Virus record (IMG/VR): IMGVR_UViG_3300023199_000021
Location: 32,001-96,000 of that record
Strand: one strand, 5' to 3'
Source of the DNA: a virus
Length of the DNA stretch: 64,000 bases
Positions 46,901-55,724 of the stretch are shown one piece after another. The notes below the pieces were generated by a model, which was not told the DNA's origin, did not search any database, and worked only from the letters and a program-made list of their open reading frames with translations. Each line of letters starts with the position of its first letter. Position 1 is the first letter of the stretch. A program made the position numbers and the translations under genes.

Positions 46901-47120
46901 TAAACTTGCTGCCTTGCCTCAACTACAAGTTGCTTTGGATGCCAATGTTGGTCAAGTAGAAGTAGTGCTGAATGGGGCGAGCTTGCTATCTTCATTCGGT
47001 GAAAAGGTTAAAGGAGAAATCCTACAAGCGGTATCTGAAAAGATTGCTGCTTTGATACCTAACCCTGATGGTTCTACAAACCAACCATCATTGTCAAGCC
47101 AAGGTAGACCTAGACAATAA
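37986..47120 (+). CDS. Tail tape measure protein (3044 aa)
   Basis: N-terminal TP901-type TMP core (RETADTIATGLRTIFTRI), long helical Ala/Gln-rich body, glycine-zipper hydrophobic segments. Confidence 0.9.
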   Translation: MAFNINAQVVLSGPKNLQKVRSSIQNQLSNVSVPVKIQISKNAASQLGTFNKQFTALNANLIKVGGSAKKATASLSALGNAASKINNVSSKLSGASKQVNTNLAQTQKQVKATAGEIEAFGKDAALAIRRFSAFTIATGAIFGFVRAVQNATSEAIKFERELARIVQVTGATGRELQGLQKTVDVLSVGLGLDANRLLEVSRIFAQTGQSVDQVRKSLSAVARASLAPTFGDIKKTTEGVIAALNQFNLSADRAESVLGSLNAVSKSFAVEADDLISVIRRAGGVFAASTKQLGAPEERLRELIGIFTAVRSTTRETADTIATGLRTIFTRIQRPRTVKFLEQFGIQLRATAQDAKDLGIAQGEFVGIFEAFRRISQEIDSLDTLSLAKVVEELGGIRQVGKLLPALREFEKAERARGVALAGTESISKDVAIATQTLQVQIEQLRERFQKFVRDVSQSATFQNLVKFALSTANAFITLADALRPALPLLTAIAGVKLTSAAFDFARGFIGGVRKGGGAGGVGGALGSVVIGGGGGGSAAAAATQKQTQSTVASNTQAVSANTTAVNTLNGTVKLLNTTANNLVAQGKAVAASAGNLVSSLAKLPITLKTALAGLGGSGAIRFRRGKGGKIPKFAKGGFVNGPSHAQGGVVAELEGGEFVVPKDRAKKFAAGGIVKQSQVGIVSAEFIDPIKKFPTVSTTLAQVLKSGRVKGGGQSLNDAAADVYKSAKVALTPRGVPMSDIKQALGTSKTAFKFDGIIEGVGKDEEKMFSKAFNNGVEGALQGAGSKIANFVGTPVPNFSQVGADQDFYKNFDAGFKGLLFENVLSALGGQPLLAKNKNRPFDFVDGLSEAVRKPYSKTVSQGIQYVDAKVTAQSANPKELPKKIVNQIAEDALARLPAVVAAKKAQGAIKKATGGPIVDSENRMADVAISDGELIVPPSEAKRNLGLLQRANRGFFVGDLVNKLPNSYIAKGPGTGTSDSIKTELPQGTFVVNAKDTERISNQTGFAAGGRVSKFGIGGSVKKRVPLQGGGILGALGSGKGATGILQTVANVSLVGGVISSLDFSSFEGLINGVLAAAIPLSLLSQNAKNAGESLEEAAAKGADAVNDLGAAAEQTAQRQRSANFGRDDVEARLRAARIREANGGVGVLESDLVQRQAARDRRAAQLRRIRAQRRTGGVVESDLVGLDELDRDQRAARRRSRRRRLGRGSVTNRLAAARGRTGLGGARVGRLSRVGSRLVGVRGLGGFSKLAPVLNKLGPALAKVGRGALSGPGGIAAAALALAVNPITDAIAKGFVGAAKDINGTRGFTAGQGGQTTAQTIGGIKGGVGGALGGAAIGGVIGSVIPGIGTAIGAAVGALIGGVTGTLTGVFTAFKEQAKFEELEKLQKSSKTLNDAFDKLSGEGIKNVNTLEQVAEASSDLTRQIVSSASAFQNIADNSGRNFFGDNLFGQTVDGLSKLSQVIGTGTTLVEKGFIALDSVLAAGGATAVGALVPIIGPLIGAGIGAIFDAINPDIQANAQRRLNQRIGISNTVGTARGFSVSLEAIPQEVFDKADENFNRLGQTILDSIPLDNLTGIVALGPDATFDELTTALESAGDNSETFRKQLEAYKSLQGVQITKEAKQLIAAFDALSQGNQKLQQSFAIGTASASKFLSTFQETGSLLEANAAGGEAFIKSLQARTSAAGQRLDFNVNDLFSGGFEELAQTVTDAGNGNQEAAAKIAQLAAATDQSADAITTTVSKYAAFTQANREQATAQAVAIAKQRIINDLLKASAQGLDALAAALQGLVSATQNAVSDFSISLSNIEAEVSRVLSTEQSVQANQRANVFTNGGAGRSLGELTAGVERVRSGLGGDASAFADLPSTVQLGQALPKALKDTIDELERSGERIDLNTFQDRLITKIPDFNQLSKVVQTQLLNNIEAAFSGARQGADLGAEGISKLLEEVGNLDQFVELSGQAASALEEVTAQLNSFNSAVLQAVNLQIQATRQRVDAELSILEKREAATDRFAKFEARSTAELARARQSLNREITTLLDAGGAGSTSVQTVDAAGNPVTTNLATVGGGDLLSRREGLEDIRSQLLQAISERTGVDPTDTAALASLDLPEIDQLQTELANVTSALEGTKKSIDVLANDTRILTAVENKLTSIQESRLTGRQRVTAALSQLANARTPEERARIVSEIQRPVLAARKVNQGQGLNLQEFASFAQSLDEGVNGVAGELLRRGNPGISEEDLARLVDQSRANLQTGFLRNVAPNAVGRGLGFDNFAADVIFNPQGASTEAAGQTPEEKRLLTIKDQILKVQEDLIRGTADQNAKSIADQQAILRDQLSKTKSSLDAAAEAFKRLREEQEELVVISQARAAQLKQSQAAAESREAEQALSKINEEVANLREQAANLDPADVSRRQQNLGTALGLATDFTAQISRNKENPLLEFTQQLAGSRFARPENSFLRDSAFITRAVGAGTGDNTNFNALSSEQIANQKVLFRDLASQILPDDPLGAANLGQQIADRLDDIRIGQDTIAQNSETGQVVKAIIAENIIPALRTAQTNLGDPEQVRQQLQEVNAKLAEANTRQTELQERATGSRTEAASATATAELLTALKRTSKDSNARLTDRQSAALGLFQGDGANAAGAIQELTGFQVTANETAQILETLKEKGNAFQQSLDAMTQSTEQNTTAQQQQQQQVQRDTTPVTSSTPTTVPTAPDTTIRSTPDPAIVAGVAAMVGRATGPIARPASDPAPDSDAALLGASVLTPRQQRQQAIQQQREAKRQQFEEQRNARREAFEAPRRERREIGQFQSLQSTVGSQQSVEQLIAKASAGVEQLRTSGDTPAQDRAIANLQRLEQRRDSLGRRRTALENNLATATASNPQSAAGQALFGSVRQRTAQEQLAFVNRFEGQERQQVAQRLLQGQNNQLTGRERQRVLSIAENGLTRVEAVRQGLDNTFNTFAETLQNNPFVAGVQQAADKLAALPQLQVALDANVGQVEVVLNGASLLSSFGEKVKGEILQAVSEKIAALIPNPDGSTNQPSLSSQGRPRQ

Positions 47121-47132
47121 CAGGAACAAAAA

Positions 47133-48638
47133 ATGGCACTAGAAATTGTATTCAAGTATGGCGACTACGAATTTGAACCTCGTCCGCTGTTTACTATTAA
47201 TTCAGAACCTTTAAAGACTCCTGATGGTGTAGGCTATGGTATCATCCATAATATCACACTAGACGGAGACTTGATCACTACTGATAAGGAAGTCGAGTCT
47301 GGTCTTGCTGGCGTTTTTGATAAGGTAGGAATCCTCAAGGACGCCCTAGACCACGACGGACGACTACTTGTGGTTACTTGTGATAATACTCCCATTCTGA
47401 GCGGATACCCTACGATAGAAGGTTATTCTTTCAACAATGAAAGTGATAACTACACCCGTAGAGCGTCTTACAATATTGACTTTAGAATGCCTACTACAGT
47501 ACTAGGTACTGGTAGCGATGTATTCAATAGCTCAGTAATTCCTCCATATATTGAAAGTTGTAATGAGACTTGGGATGTTGAGTTTCAAGATGAAAGGATG
47601 CCTTTTGCTTGGAATGTTGGTCCTGATGTAGAAAGATTCGGCTATGTCGCTGCCGTTACCCATACAGTTGATGTAAAGGCTCGAATCGCCTACACTGGTG
47701 ATCGCACATCTAATACCCCTTGGCAAGATGCATTAGCCTATGCTACAGGTAAGCTTGGATTTGATAATGAGTTCGTGACATTGACCGGTGTACTAGGTTT
47801 GCCGGGAGCCGGATTCGATCAAATCGTTACTTTTAATCAGTATAGACAGGTATCGACAAACAAGACAGAAGGCTCTATTCAAGTAGTAGAAACCTTCCTT
47901 GTTACCCCTACCGGTGCAGCCACCAAAAGCCTTCCTAATGACGCCATTGAAACATTCGACATAAGTACGTCTCAGAATGACGGTGTAATCACTGTTAACA
48001 TTCAGGGTGAGATTCGAGGTCTTACATCTATCAGCTACAATAATGGTTTTGCTGTAGATTCCGACAAGTTTTCTGCCGCTTCGGGGTATTTTAAAGTAAT
48101 CAAAGACAGGCTCTACGATAGAGCAAAAAATGCCTACACTGGTATCATTGATAGTTGCTTCAATCGTAATCTAAACCCAACCGTTAGAAGTCGTACAGTA
48201 GGTATGAATCCTATTGAGGGAACTATCACTTACGACTACCAATATGACACAGCAACCAACGGTTGTATCACTGGTGACTGTATTATTTCCCAGAACATCA
48301 CTATTGATGATACTTTACAGACTGATGTTTTTGCTAGTCAGGTTGTGCTGGGTAGAGCAACTGGTCCTATCTTACAAGACATTGGTACTACCACAGCAAG
48401 AGTACGTACTGTAAATATCGAAATTGTAACCCTACCGCCAACGGGTTGTGGATCGGTAGCTGCCATTTATGAGCCTATACCTACAGAACAAGTACAGGAT
48501 TTCATTTCAACTATCTCAGGCGATTTGGCAGCAAGCTACAACCAAGTTTTTGTTTCTTCCAATACTCAAAACTGGAATTTTACAAACGGTAGATACACAA
48601 AAAACATAGGCTTCACATATAATACATGTAGTGGCTAA
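47133..48638 (+). CDS. Distal tail/baseplate-hub-like protein
   Basis: Follows the TMP; beta-rich; ETWDVE and GTITYDYQY motifs. Confidence 0.65.
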   Translation: MALEIVFKYGDYEFEPRPLFTINSEPLKTPDGVGYGIIHNITLDGDLITTDKEVESGLAGVFDKVGILKDALDHDGRLLVVTCDNTPILSGYPTIEGYSFNNESDNYTRRASYNIDFRMPTTVLGTGSDVFNSSVIPPYIESCNETWDVEFQDERMPFAWNVGPDVERFGYVAAVTHTVDVKARIAYTGDRTSNTPWQDALAYATGKLGFDNEFVTLTGVLGLPGAGFDQIVTFNQYRQVSTNKTEGSIQVVETFLVTPTGAATKSLPNDAIETFDISTSQNDGVITVNIQGEIRGLTSISYNNGFAVDSDKFSAASGYFKVIKDRLYDRAKNAYTGIIDSCFNRNLNPTVRSRTVGMNPIEGTITYDYQYDTATNGCITGDCIISQNITIDDTLQTDVFASQVVLGRATGPILQDIGTTTARVRTVNIEIVTLPPTGCGSVAAIYEPIPTEQVQDFISTISGDLAASYNQVFVSSNTQNWNFTNGRYTKNIGFTYNTCSG

Positions 48639-48660
48639 AAGGAAATTAAGGAAATAACTC

Positions 48661-51600
48661 ATGGCAGAATTAGGCCAAAATCTATGTAGTCCAGCACGAA
48701 TCTACGGCCCATTACCTCAAACTGTTTTCTGTGGCTGTAGTGTCTTAAGCTTTTCAGTTTCCGCAGGTTGGAACGAACAAGCATCTAATCTTACCGTTGA
48801 ATTGGTACAGGATGATTGTGTCGGTCCTCGCGTGTGGTGGGATGAAAGTCTGCAAAGACAGACAGGAGATATTGCTGATCCCGGCTTTACAGAACCAGAA
48901 CCGGGGTGTGCTGTTTATTTCCGTATCGAAGAAAATCCAGATGGAAGTACCGAGGCCGAAAGAGGCGGTTTCGAGTATGCTGGTGTTGTAGAAAGCTGGA
49001 CTGAGAAGTTTGACTCAAACGGTAATCCTGTCTATACAATCACGATTACTGACCCTAGAGTTGTTCTTGAAAATACTCAGATTATTGTAAATGACTTCCC
49101 CGGCACAACTTCTGGCGTATGGAATCTTATCAACGCCTATGCCTACATTGAAAGTCTAGGTAGCACATGTACTGCTTCTCCCGCTGGTGCTATTGGTGGT
49201 GTTTCATTTGATAACGTCATTACCAATATCGCTAACGAAAGAGGTATGGTCTGGAACGACTTGAAGTGTGCTATCCATACTCTAACTTCTGCTGTCGATA
49301 AAGCTTTAGCAAACTCATTGTACTATGGATATTGTGTAGACAATAGACTAGTATATGTTGGTCCTAATACTGGGGAAGAAGGTTATGGTGTTATTGAAAA
49401 AGATGATACCATCACCGATCCCGCTTTTCAAATTCTTCCTAACGTCAATTTAAATCAACAATACTACTACGTTGACCTTACCGAAGTTCCTTTCGCACCG
49501 CTTTACTACCGTATCTCAGGTCCAAACATTAGTTTGATGGAGGTAATTAGTCAGGTATGTAAAGATGCAGGTTGTGATTATTACGTTGAGCTATTACCTA
49601 TACGAAATGCCGGGAAGGTGTTGAAGGTAATCAAGGTGCGTGTTGCTGCACGATCTTCTCAGCCGCAGCTTGGTAGGATAGATGATTTCATAACCGCGAA
49701 ACAATCCGAGGCATCAGATGCTAATGGGGGTGTGTTAGCGTATGTTCGTGGTGAAGAAGTTAGAAACGAAGAAACTTCTACATACCTTATCGGTGGTAAG
49801 ATTCGAGAGCAATTCGAAGCCGATAGTACGCAAATGCTACCGTTCTGGGGAACAGACACAGACGGAAATATAATTCAGGCAACAACCTCTGTCGGTGAGT
49901 ATCTTGTACGTCTTGACGTAGGAAGATTAAATACCACTTTGTACAACGGCTTTGGTGCCCAGTATCAGTGGATTACCGAAAGCGAACTTCGTGCTGCGGT
50001 AGACGGAGATATTGACTCATGGAAAACTGTTACAGTAGCTAAAGCTGGTTCTTCTGACTTTGCAACATGGATGGCTGCAAATAAACATTCAGCTATTCTA
50101 TCTCTTGAAAGAGCTAAAGAATGGTTTGAGGGTGCCAAGCCGGGACACGCAGTTCCTTTCCCTCAACCAGAAGCACAATCAGACGATATTGATCCAGAAA
50201 GCAATGCTGCTCAAGACTTAGATAAGGTTTTTGAGTTTGTTAGAGCATATGCTGATGAATTCTATGGTAAGCAGTTTATTGTAAACGCACCGTTTGTTTG
50301 CTATGCTGTTGATGGTGAATCCAGCAAGCTTAGATATTCCCATGAGCCTTCAACCGAGGGTTGCTGGGTAGCAGACGGTACTTCTACAGTTATTGGTTTA
50401 ACCCATGATTCTGCTGCTTCCGATTTCTTTAGAGACGACTCAGGTAAGTACGAAACAATTGTACGTTACCCACTAATCAATGCTTCCTCAATGGGTGGTC
50501 TTGGTGGCACTTTAATTGCCGATCCATCCAGACTTGGTGACGACAACTATATCACAGACCAAGTAGACGAAATTTGGGTGAAGGCAGAGGTCGATTCAAG
50601 ATGGTTATTTGGTACTCCGCTCAACCCATCTGCTTCTACTATATCTTTCGTAGTAAGAACAGCCGCTCCCGTTGTAAACAGAACAAGTAGTATTAATGGT
50701 TCAGACCACAACTTCATCGAAGGTGTTGGTGGTTTGGGTAACGCTACAGACGCCGCTGGTTTAGGTGCGTTTGGTGTTCCAGACTTTAACGACCGTTCTA
50801 TGGGAACTTTAGCTGCACTTCCTATTGCTATTGCTCCTAATGCCGCACTATGCCCTGTCTTGAATCACGTACAGGTTTACGGACCTTGGGGTGTGGCTGG
50901 ATTGCCGGGACAAGTATCTCTAGAAACAGACGAAGGTTTCGTTCCTTGGGAATATGGTAGTGACGTAGTTATGTATCAAGCTGCCTTGGACAAGGTTGCA
51001 TCATCTGTTACACAAATGCGTAAAGGCGAAAGAGGTTCTATCCGAGTAGCTGGTTTTCCAAACATTCCTCTGGGTGCCGAACTATTCTCAGTAGATGCTG
51101 GTTCTCCACCTAATTCTCAAGGTAATCAAAAATATGTAGGAACACGTAGCTATTCTACCGCTCAGTGTGCCCCTGTGCTACCGTTTTTGTATTGTCCTAT
51201 GAATGCTTGGACAGGTGAGTTCGGCCCCAACGTAACCAACATCAATGTTCAAGTTGGTGCTGGTGGTTTTACAACAGAATATCAGTTTAGCACATACACT
51301 CCAGCATTCGGTAGATTCAACAAAGACAATGCTGAGCGACTAAGAAGAATCGGTCAAACCAGATTGCAGGCTATGCGTAATCTAAGGGCACAAGCAACCC
51401 TTAAGAACAACATTGCCGGTTCTCTTGCACGTAGTCGCCAAATGATTCAGAATCAAATTGGACGATCTATTCGTGCCCCTAAATCTGCTCACCACGTATT
51501 CATTGGTAGATATACATCTAGCGGTAGACCAGAAATCCACACCCATAGTGCTAAAGATGCTATCTTAACTTTCCCTAAAGATACCACATACGCAAATTCA

Positions 51601-54600
51601 GCTATGATTAGTTTGGATGCTCTTTATCGTCCGGTATCCAAGGCTGGTGATGGAAGTCTGCCTCGACTAATAAACTTTAGTGGACCCACATGTGGCTCAG
51701 GAACTAATCCTAGCCAACCAGACCCACCTATCAATGAATATCAAGGTCTGAAAATTGATCAAGACTATCTAGATGGTTTGGCTAATCCTAATTCTACTTT
51801 ACCAACAGACAGATCAGATACCGCAGGTAGTGGTCACGACGTTGAGATATTAGGTAGAGGTTCAGCCGCTCCACCATCAGGTTGGGCTATTGCAGAAGGT
51901 GAAGAAGGAGGTACTGGCGGATATGAAACCGATTATCGTTTCTTGGCTTTGAAGGGACCGGTATACATTCAGCAATTTGGTTACGACCTATGCGGCAAGC
52001 CTGTACCTAATAAAGCAGACAGTGATGCTAACGCAGAAGCAGGTACATTTACCAATTCAAACTTGCAAGATAAATTCCTTGACGGTTTCTTGAAGAAGCC
52101 TAAGACTTGGCCTGTAGCTCAATTGGACTTGAGGCTTGACCGAGAGCGTGGTTTGTGGGTAATGCCTCAGCCACCTAGAAATCTTCACGTAAACTCCACC
52201 GGCTGTATTTTAATCTCCAGTGGTGTGACCGTCCAGAACGGTAAGACCGTATATGATTCAGCAGGTAGCCCTGTAGGATCGCCAACATTAGACGCAGAGT
52301 GGCCTTGGACTATCCAGCCGCCTAGCGGTATCGGTACGGTCCCAGTTTACTACGACACTGTTGATTGCAAGCATTATGTGTTCCCTGTCAACAGGTTAGA
52401 CATTTCTGTTACTGGTGGTTCTCTAATTCAAGACGTAAAGACCATCGAGTTTGGCTCTGGCTTTACACTAGAAAGTGTTACTTCTGACGAATGTATCAAT
52501 AAAGTAGTAATCAGTACCCCCAGTGGTTCCGAAACCCCCGGTGGTAGTGGTTCCAAAACACAATTTGGTACAGACAATTCTTGGACTGGTTGTATTAGTG
52601 ATTCTGGATATAGTGGTTGCTTAAGTTTGAACGGCTTCCCTGTTCCTCAAGCATCCGATGTTTGTTCTGACTATGACTGTATCACAGTAGGTAGAGGGCT
52701 GACGCTTGATCCTAACGGTCAACTTGATTCATGGATGTTTATCAACTCGCTTGATGCTTGTGGTAGACCAGCAGAATCTTGTTCTGCTTTCAATATGTTG
52801 ACCATCGGTACTGGTTTAAAACTTGTAACTAAAGAAACCAACTGTGTTTATGAGATACACTCAGCACTTGTTGGTAGTGGTCGTACACTTGCCTATCCAG
52901 ACAATCCTTGCGATAGAGGAGCGTTATGGAAGCCTTCTGGTGAATTTGAAATAATTAAATTCATTGGAAATCTGCATACTACGTTTGATGGTTGTGAAAT
53001 GACCGTAAGCGGTGTGTCTAGGAATGGTATTGAAGTTTCTGGTATCGCAGACTGCAATAGAGCTAGCGTTCCTACAAAAACAGTTGCAGGACTAGCATTT
53101 GGTACTGGTCTTCAATTGACAACTTTCGACTGTACTGGTATCGTTGATATAAATATCAAGGCTAGTGGTAGTGAAAGACTATCTTATTGTGATTCTCCTA
53201 CAATTCCTTTGAAAGAAGGTTTCGAGGTACTTGAATTTGTAGGAGGTTTAAGTACTACTCAAGATGGCTGTAAGATAATTGTAAGCGGTATTGATCCGGC
53301 TATTTATTTCAGCGGTAGTGGGGCCTGCGGTGGAGGAGATGTAGGTGCTTTCCAAGGTAAAGAGCTAGTACTTGGAACAGGTATAAGAGTAACAGATAAT
53401 GGAGATTGTAGTGCTACTATTTCTTCTAACATTACTGCTACTGGTAAAACCTATGATGTTGACAGTGTTTGTGAACCAACAAGATTAGGTTCTGTAGAAT
53501 CAGTATTTGAAAACATTGAGTTCATTGGAAATCTAAGCGTAACCAAACCTAGCGATTGTAGTGTGGTGGTTAGCGGTATGGACAGTCCAATAACTTTTAG
53601 CGGACAGCCTTATTGCGGTGTAGGAGCAGTATCTCCTTTTAATGCTGCGACCATTGCTGTCAGCGGCATGACCATTGAAGATCGCGGAGACTGTGTTGCA
53701 CTACTTAAAATTGATCAAACTATTGAGGGTAGAGACAATGAATGTAATCTCGGTGGAGTTGTTTCGGCGTCTCGTTACAGAAAATTAGTTATTGGTAGCG
53801 GCCTTGCCTTGCTTGATGCTGGTGATTGCGAATTCCATATCAATTCTAGAAACTACATTGAATCTAATGGGTCTTGCAGTACTAGTGCTGTATCTCCATT
53901 CTTTTATGGAAATCTAGTTTTAGGTATTGGTTTTGAATTAATTGAAGGCAACCCAAGTACATGCGAAGCTATTGTAAATACTTACTTTAGAGGCAGCGGA
54001 TATGAAATTACCGATAACTGCCTGACTCAAGGCACACTGACACAATCAAGATTTACTAATTTAAAATTCTTGGGCAATTTAAGTGTTACTCAAGAAGATG
54101 GTTGTGAGCTTATTGTTAGCGGTGCCCCGCAACCTATCCAAGTATCAGGTCTAGAGGGCTGCAACGGTTCAAGTGTCCCCACAATCGACGCACACAAAAT
54201 TGTTGCCGGCACAGGCTTGACAGTAGCAGCGGGTTCTAATTGTGATGCGATACTATCGACTACCTTATCTATTTCTGCAACTGGAGCTACTTGTTATAGT
54301 GCTGTTGGTGGTGGAATCTTTAATAGCCTGATACTGAGTGGTCTTGACCTAGTAGATAAGGGCAACGACTGTGGGTTTGTTGTTAAACATATTCAACGTA
54401 TTGGTAAAACAGACGATAACTGTACAAATCCCGGTGGTCTTGGTTCTACGCCGGAAGAATCTCAAAGAGATTTCACTAATTTTCAAGAACTAAATATTGG
54501 AGAAGGGCTTCGATTAACTGACCAAGGAAGTTGTAGATATCTAATTGAGGGTGGTATCAAGATTGGTACAAAAGACCCCGATCAAGCATGTACTACTGCT

Positions 54601-55293
54601 GCTAGTGGTAGTTGGTATCCTCAATTGTTTGTTGGTGGAGGACTGACACTTACTGACGATGGCTGTGGTGCTATTATTAGTAACCCAATTGTCGTTGGTG
54701 CTTCTAGCGAAGACGGTTCGTTTTTCCAAGCCGATGCCGACTGTGTTACAGGTTTGCCGGGACCGACATTTGCTTGTCTAACTCTCTGTGGTGGTGCTGG
54801 TTCTCTTGCTCTAGAAGGGCCATATTGTTATCGTAAACCTCCTAAGCATATTGAAACGCTATGGGCAGGTTTTGGTATTGGTGCAGCTTCATGTAGCGAA
54901 TGCGAACTGATTCTTTTCAATAACCACCGCGATGTTGGTACTGACAATAGTTGTAATTCAATTACAATTGGTCAAGTAGGTAAGCATAGCTGGAGCAGCG
55001 ACTTTGCTTTGGCTGCTGGTGGTGAGGCTGGCGGTGCTTGTAGCGATGACGGCTTTGATAACACAAAAGATACATCTATTACTTTGAATACCGGTGGTGG
55101 TTCTTGGAGTTGTAGTTTTGTTAAGAATATTACTGTTACTACCTCTGGTGGCTATGTAACTGACGTAACTTGGGAGTGTGGTAGTATTAGCGGAAGCAAG
55201 AGTTGTAGCGGTAAGTATTGGATTACTTCTACCGATTGCGGTTGTTCTGGTGGTTCTGGTGGTGGTGGTACAGGAACCGGAACCGGTGGCTAA
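48661..55293 (+). CDS. Large tail tip/baseplate protein with a Cys-rich fibre-like C-terminus (2210 aa)
   Basis: N-terminal SFSVSAGW...LTVELVQD hub-like region; C-terminal ~950 aa of GxGL/FxGNL+Cys repeats. Confidence 0.8.
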   Translation: MAELGQNLCSPARIYGPLPQTVFCGCSVLSFSVSAGWNEQASNLTVELVQDDCVGPRVWWDESLQRQTGDIADPGFTEPEPGCAVYFRIEENPDGSTEAERGGFEYAGVVESWTEKFDSNGNPVYTITITDPRVVLENTQIIVNDFPGTTSGVWNLINAYAYIESLGSTCTASPAGAIGGVSFDNVITNIANERGMVWNDLKCAIHTLTSAVDKALANSLYYGYCVDNRLVYVGPNTGEEGYGVIEKDDTITDPAFQILPNVNLNQQYYYVDLTEVPFAPLYYRISGPNISLMEVISQVCKDAGCDYYVELLPIRNAGKVLKVIKVRVAARSSQPQLGRIDDFITAKQSEASDANGGVLAYVRGEEVRNEETSTYLIGGKIREQFEADSTQMLPFWGTDTDGNIIQATTSVGEYLVRLDVGRLNTTLYNGFGAQYQWITESELRAAVDGDIDSWKTVTVAKAGSSDFATWMAANKHSAILSLERAKEWFEGAKPGHAVPFPQPEAQSDDIDPESNAAQDLDKVFEFVRAYADEFYGKQFIVNAPFVCYAVDGESSKLRYSHEPSTEGCWVADGTSTVIGLTHDSAASDFFRDDSGKYETIVRYPLINASSMGGLGGTLIADPSRLGDDNYITDQVDEIWVKAEVDSRWLFGTPLNPSASTISFVVRTAAPVVNRTSSINGSDHNFIEGVGGLGNATDAAGLGAFGVPDFNDRSMGTLAALPIAIAPNAALCPVLNHVQVYGPWGVAGLPGQVSLETDEGFVPWEYGSDVVMYQAALDKVASSVTQMRKGERGSIRVAGFPNIPLGAELFSVDAGSPPNSQGNQKYVGTRSYSTAQCAPVLPFLYCPMNAWTGEFGPNVTNINVQVGAGGFTTEYQFSTYTPAFGRFNKDNAERLRRIGQTRLQAMRNLRAQATLKNNIAGSLARSRQMIQNQIGRSIRAPKSAHHVFIGRYTSSGRPEIHTHSAKDAILTFPKDTTYANSAMISLDALYRPVSKAGDGSLPRLINFSGPTCGSGTNPSQPDPPINEYQGLKIDQDYLDGLANPNSTLPTDRSDTAGSGHDVEILGRGSAAPPSGWAIAEGEEGGTGGYETDYRFLALKGPVYIQQFGYDLCGKPVPNKADSDANAEAGTFTNSNLQDKFLDGFLKKPKTWPVAQLDLRLDRERGLWVMPQPPRNLHVNSTGCILISSGVTVQNGKTVYDSAGSPVGSPTLDAEWPWTIQPPSGIGTVPVYYDTVDCKHYVFPVNRLDISVTGGSLIQDVKTIEFGSGFTLESVTSDECINKVVISTPSGSETPGGSGSKTQFGTDNSWTGCISDSGYSGCLSLNGFPVPQASDVCSDYDCITVGRGLTLDPNGQLDSWMFINSLDACGRPAESCSAFNMLTIGTGLKLVTKETNCVYEIHSALVGSGRTLAYPDNPCDRGALWKPSGEFEIIKFIGNLHTTFDGCEMTVSGVSRNGIEVSGIADCNRASVPTKTVAGLAFGTGLQLTTFDCTGIVDINIKASGSERLSYCDSPTIPLKEGFEVLEFVGGLSTTQDGCKIIVSGIDPAIYFSGSGACGGGDVGAFQGKELVLGTGIRVTDNGDCSATISSNITATGKTYDVDSVCEPTRLGSVESVFENIEFIGNLSVTKPSDCSVVVSGMDSPITFSGQPYCGVGAVSPFNAATIAVSGMTIEDRGDCVALLKIDQTIEGRDNECNLGGVVSASRYRKLVIGSGLALLDAGDCEFHINSRNYIESNGSCSTSAVSPFFYGNLVLGIGFELIEGNPSTCEAIVNTYFRGSGYEITDNCLTQGTLTQSRFTNLKFLGNLSVTQEDGCELIVSGAPQPIQVSGLEGCNGSSVPTIDAHKIVAGTGLTVAAGSNCDAILSTTLSISATGATCYSAVGGGIFNSLILSGLDLVDKGNDCGFVVKHIQRIGKTDDNCTNPGGLGSTPEESQRDFTNFQELNIGEGLRLTDQGSCRYLIEGGIKIGTKDPDQACTTAASGSWYPQLFVGGGLTLTDDGCGAIISNPIVVGASSEDGSFFQADADCVTGLPGPTFACLTLCGGAGSLALEGPYCYRKPPKHIETLWAGFGIGAASCSECELILFNNHRDVGTDNSCNSITIGQVGKHSWSSDFALAAGGEAGGACSDDGFDNTKDTSITLNTGGGSWSCSFVKNITVTTSGGYVTDVTWECGSISGSKSCSGKYWITSTDCGCSGGSGGGGTGTGTGG

Positions 55294-55310
55294 CATAATA
55301 GAGATTTAAA

Positions 55311-55595
55311 ATGAGTGAACAACAAGATAAGCCATTACCTCAACAATTGGACGAGGTTATTCAACATCTGGAAGTTGAAGAAGATGTCAAACTAGAAAAC
55401 CATAAGCACAAAGACCCCGAAGGTTTGGGAGATACTTTGGAGCGTGTGTTCTCTAAGTTTGGAATTACAGAACAATGGATTAGTGCTGCTATGGGAATAG
55501 GTGGTTGCGGTTGTAGTAAGAGGAAGAATTTCCTTAATCAAATCTTTCCGTACCGCAAACAATCGAAAGACCATAACAAGACAGAAGACAAGTGA
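55311..55595 (+). CDS. Small GLGD...GCGC protein
   Basis: GLGDTLERVFSKFGI...GGCGCSKRKNFLN. Confidence 0.75.
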   Translation: MSEQQDKPLPQQLDEVIQHLEVEEDVKLENHKHKDPEGLGDTLERVFSKFGITEQWISAAMGIGGCGCSKRKNFLNQIFPYRKQSKDHNKTEDK

Positions 55596-55724
55596 ACTAC
55601 TCATTTGCTAAAGACAAATGGACTTCGGGTTTCGTAGATAGTTGAGTATTACTACTTCTTACACCATCTCCACCCGTGTTATCGACCGTCCCAGCTTTAA
55701 TCCCTCTCTTTACGGGATACCTCA

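Noticed and set aside
38096-47155. Numerous short minus-strand ORFs within the tape measure gene
   Set aside because: They are antisense artefacts of biased codon usage in a long gene.
54500-55720. Diversity-generating retroelement targeting the fibre tip
   Set aside because: No template/variable repeat pair or reverse transcriptase is visible in the window.
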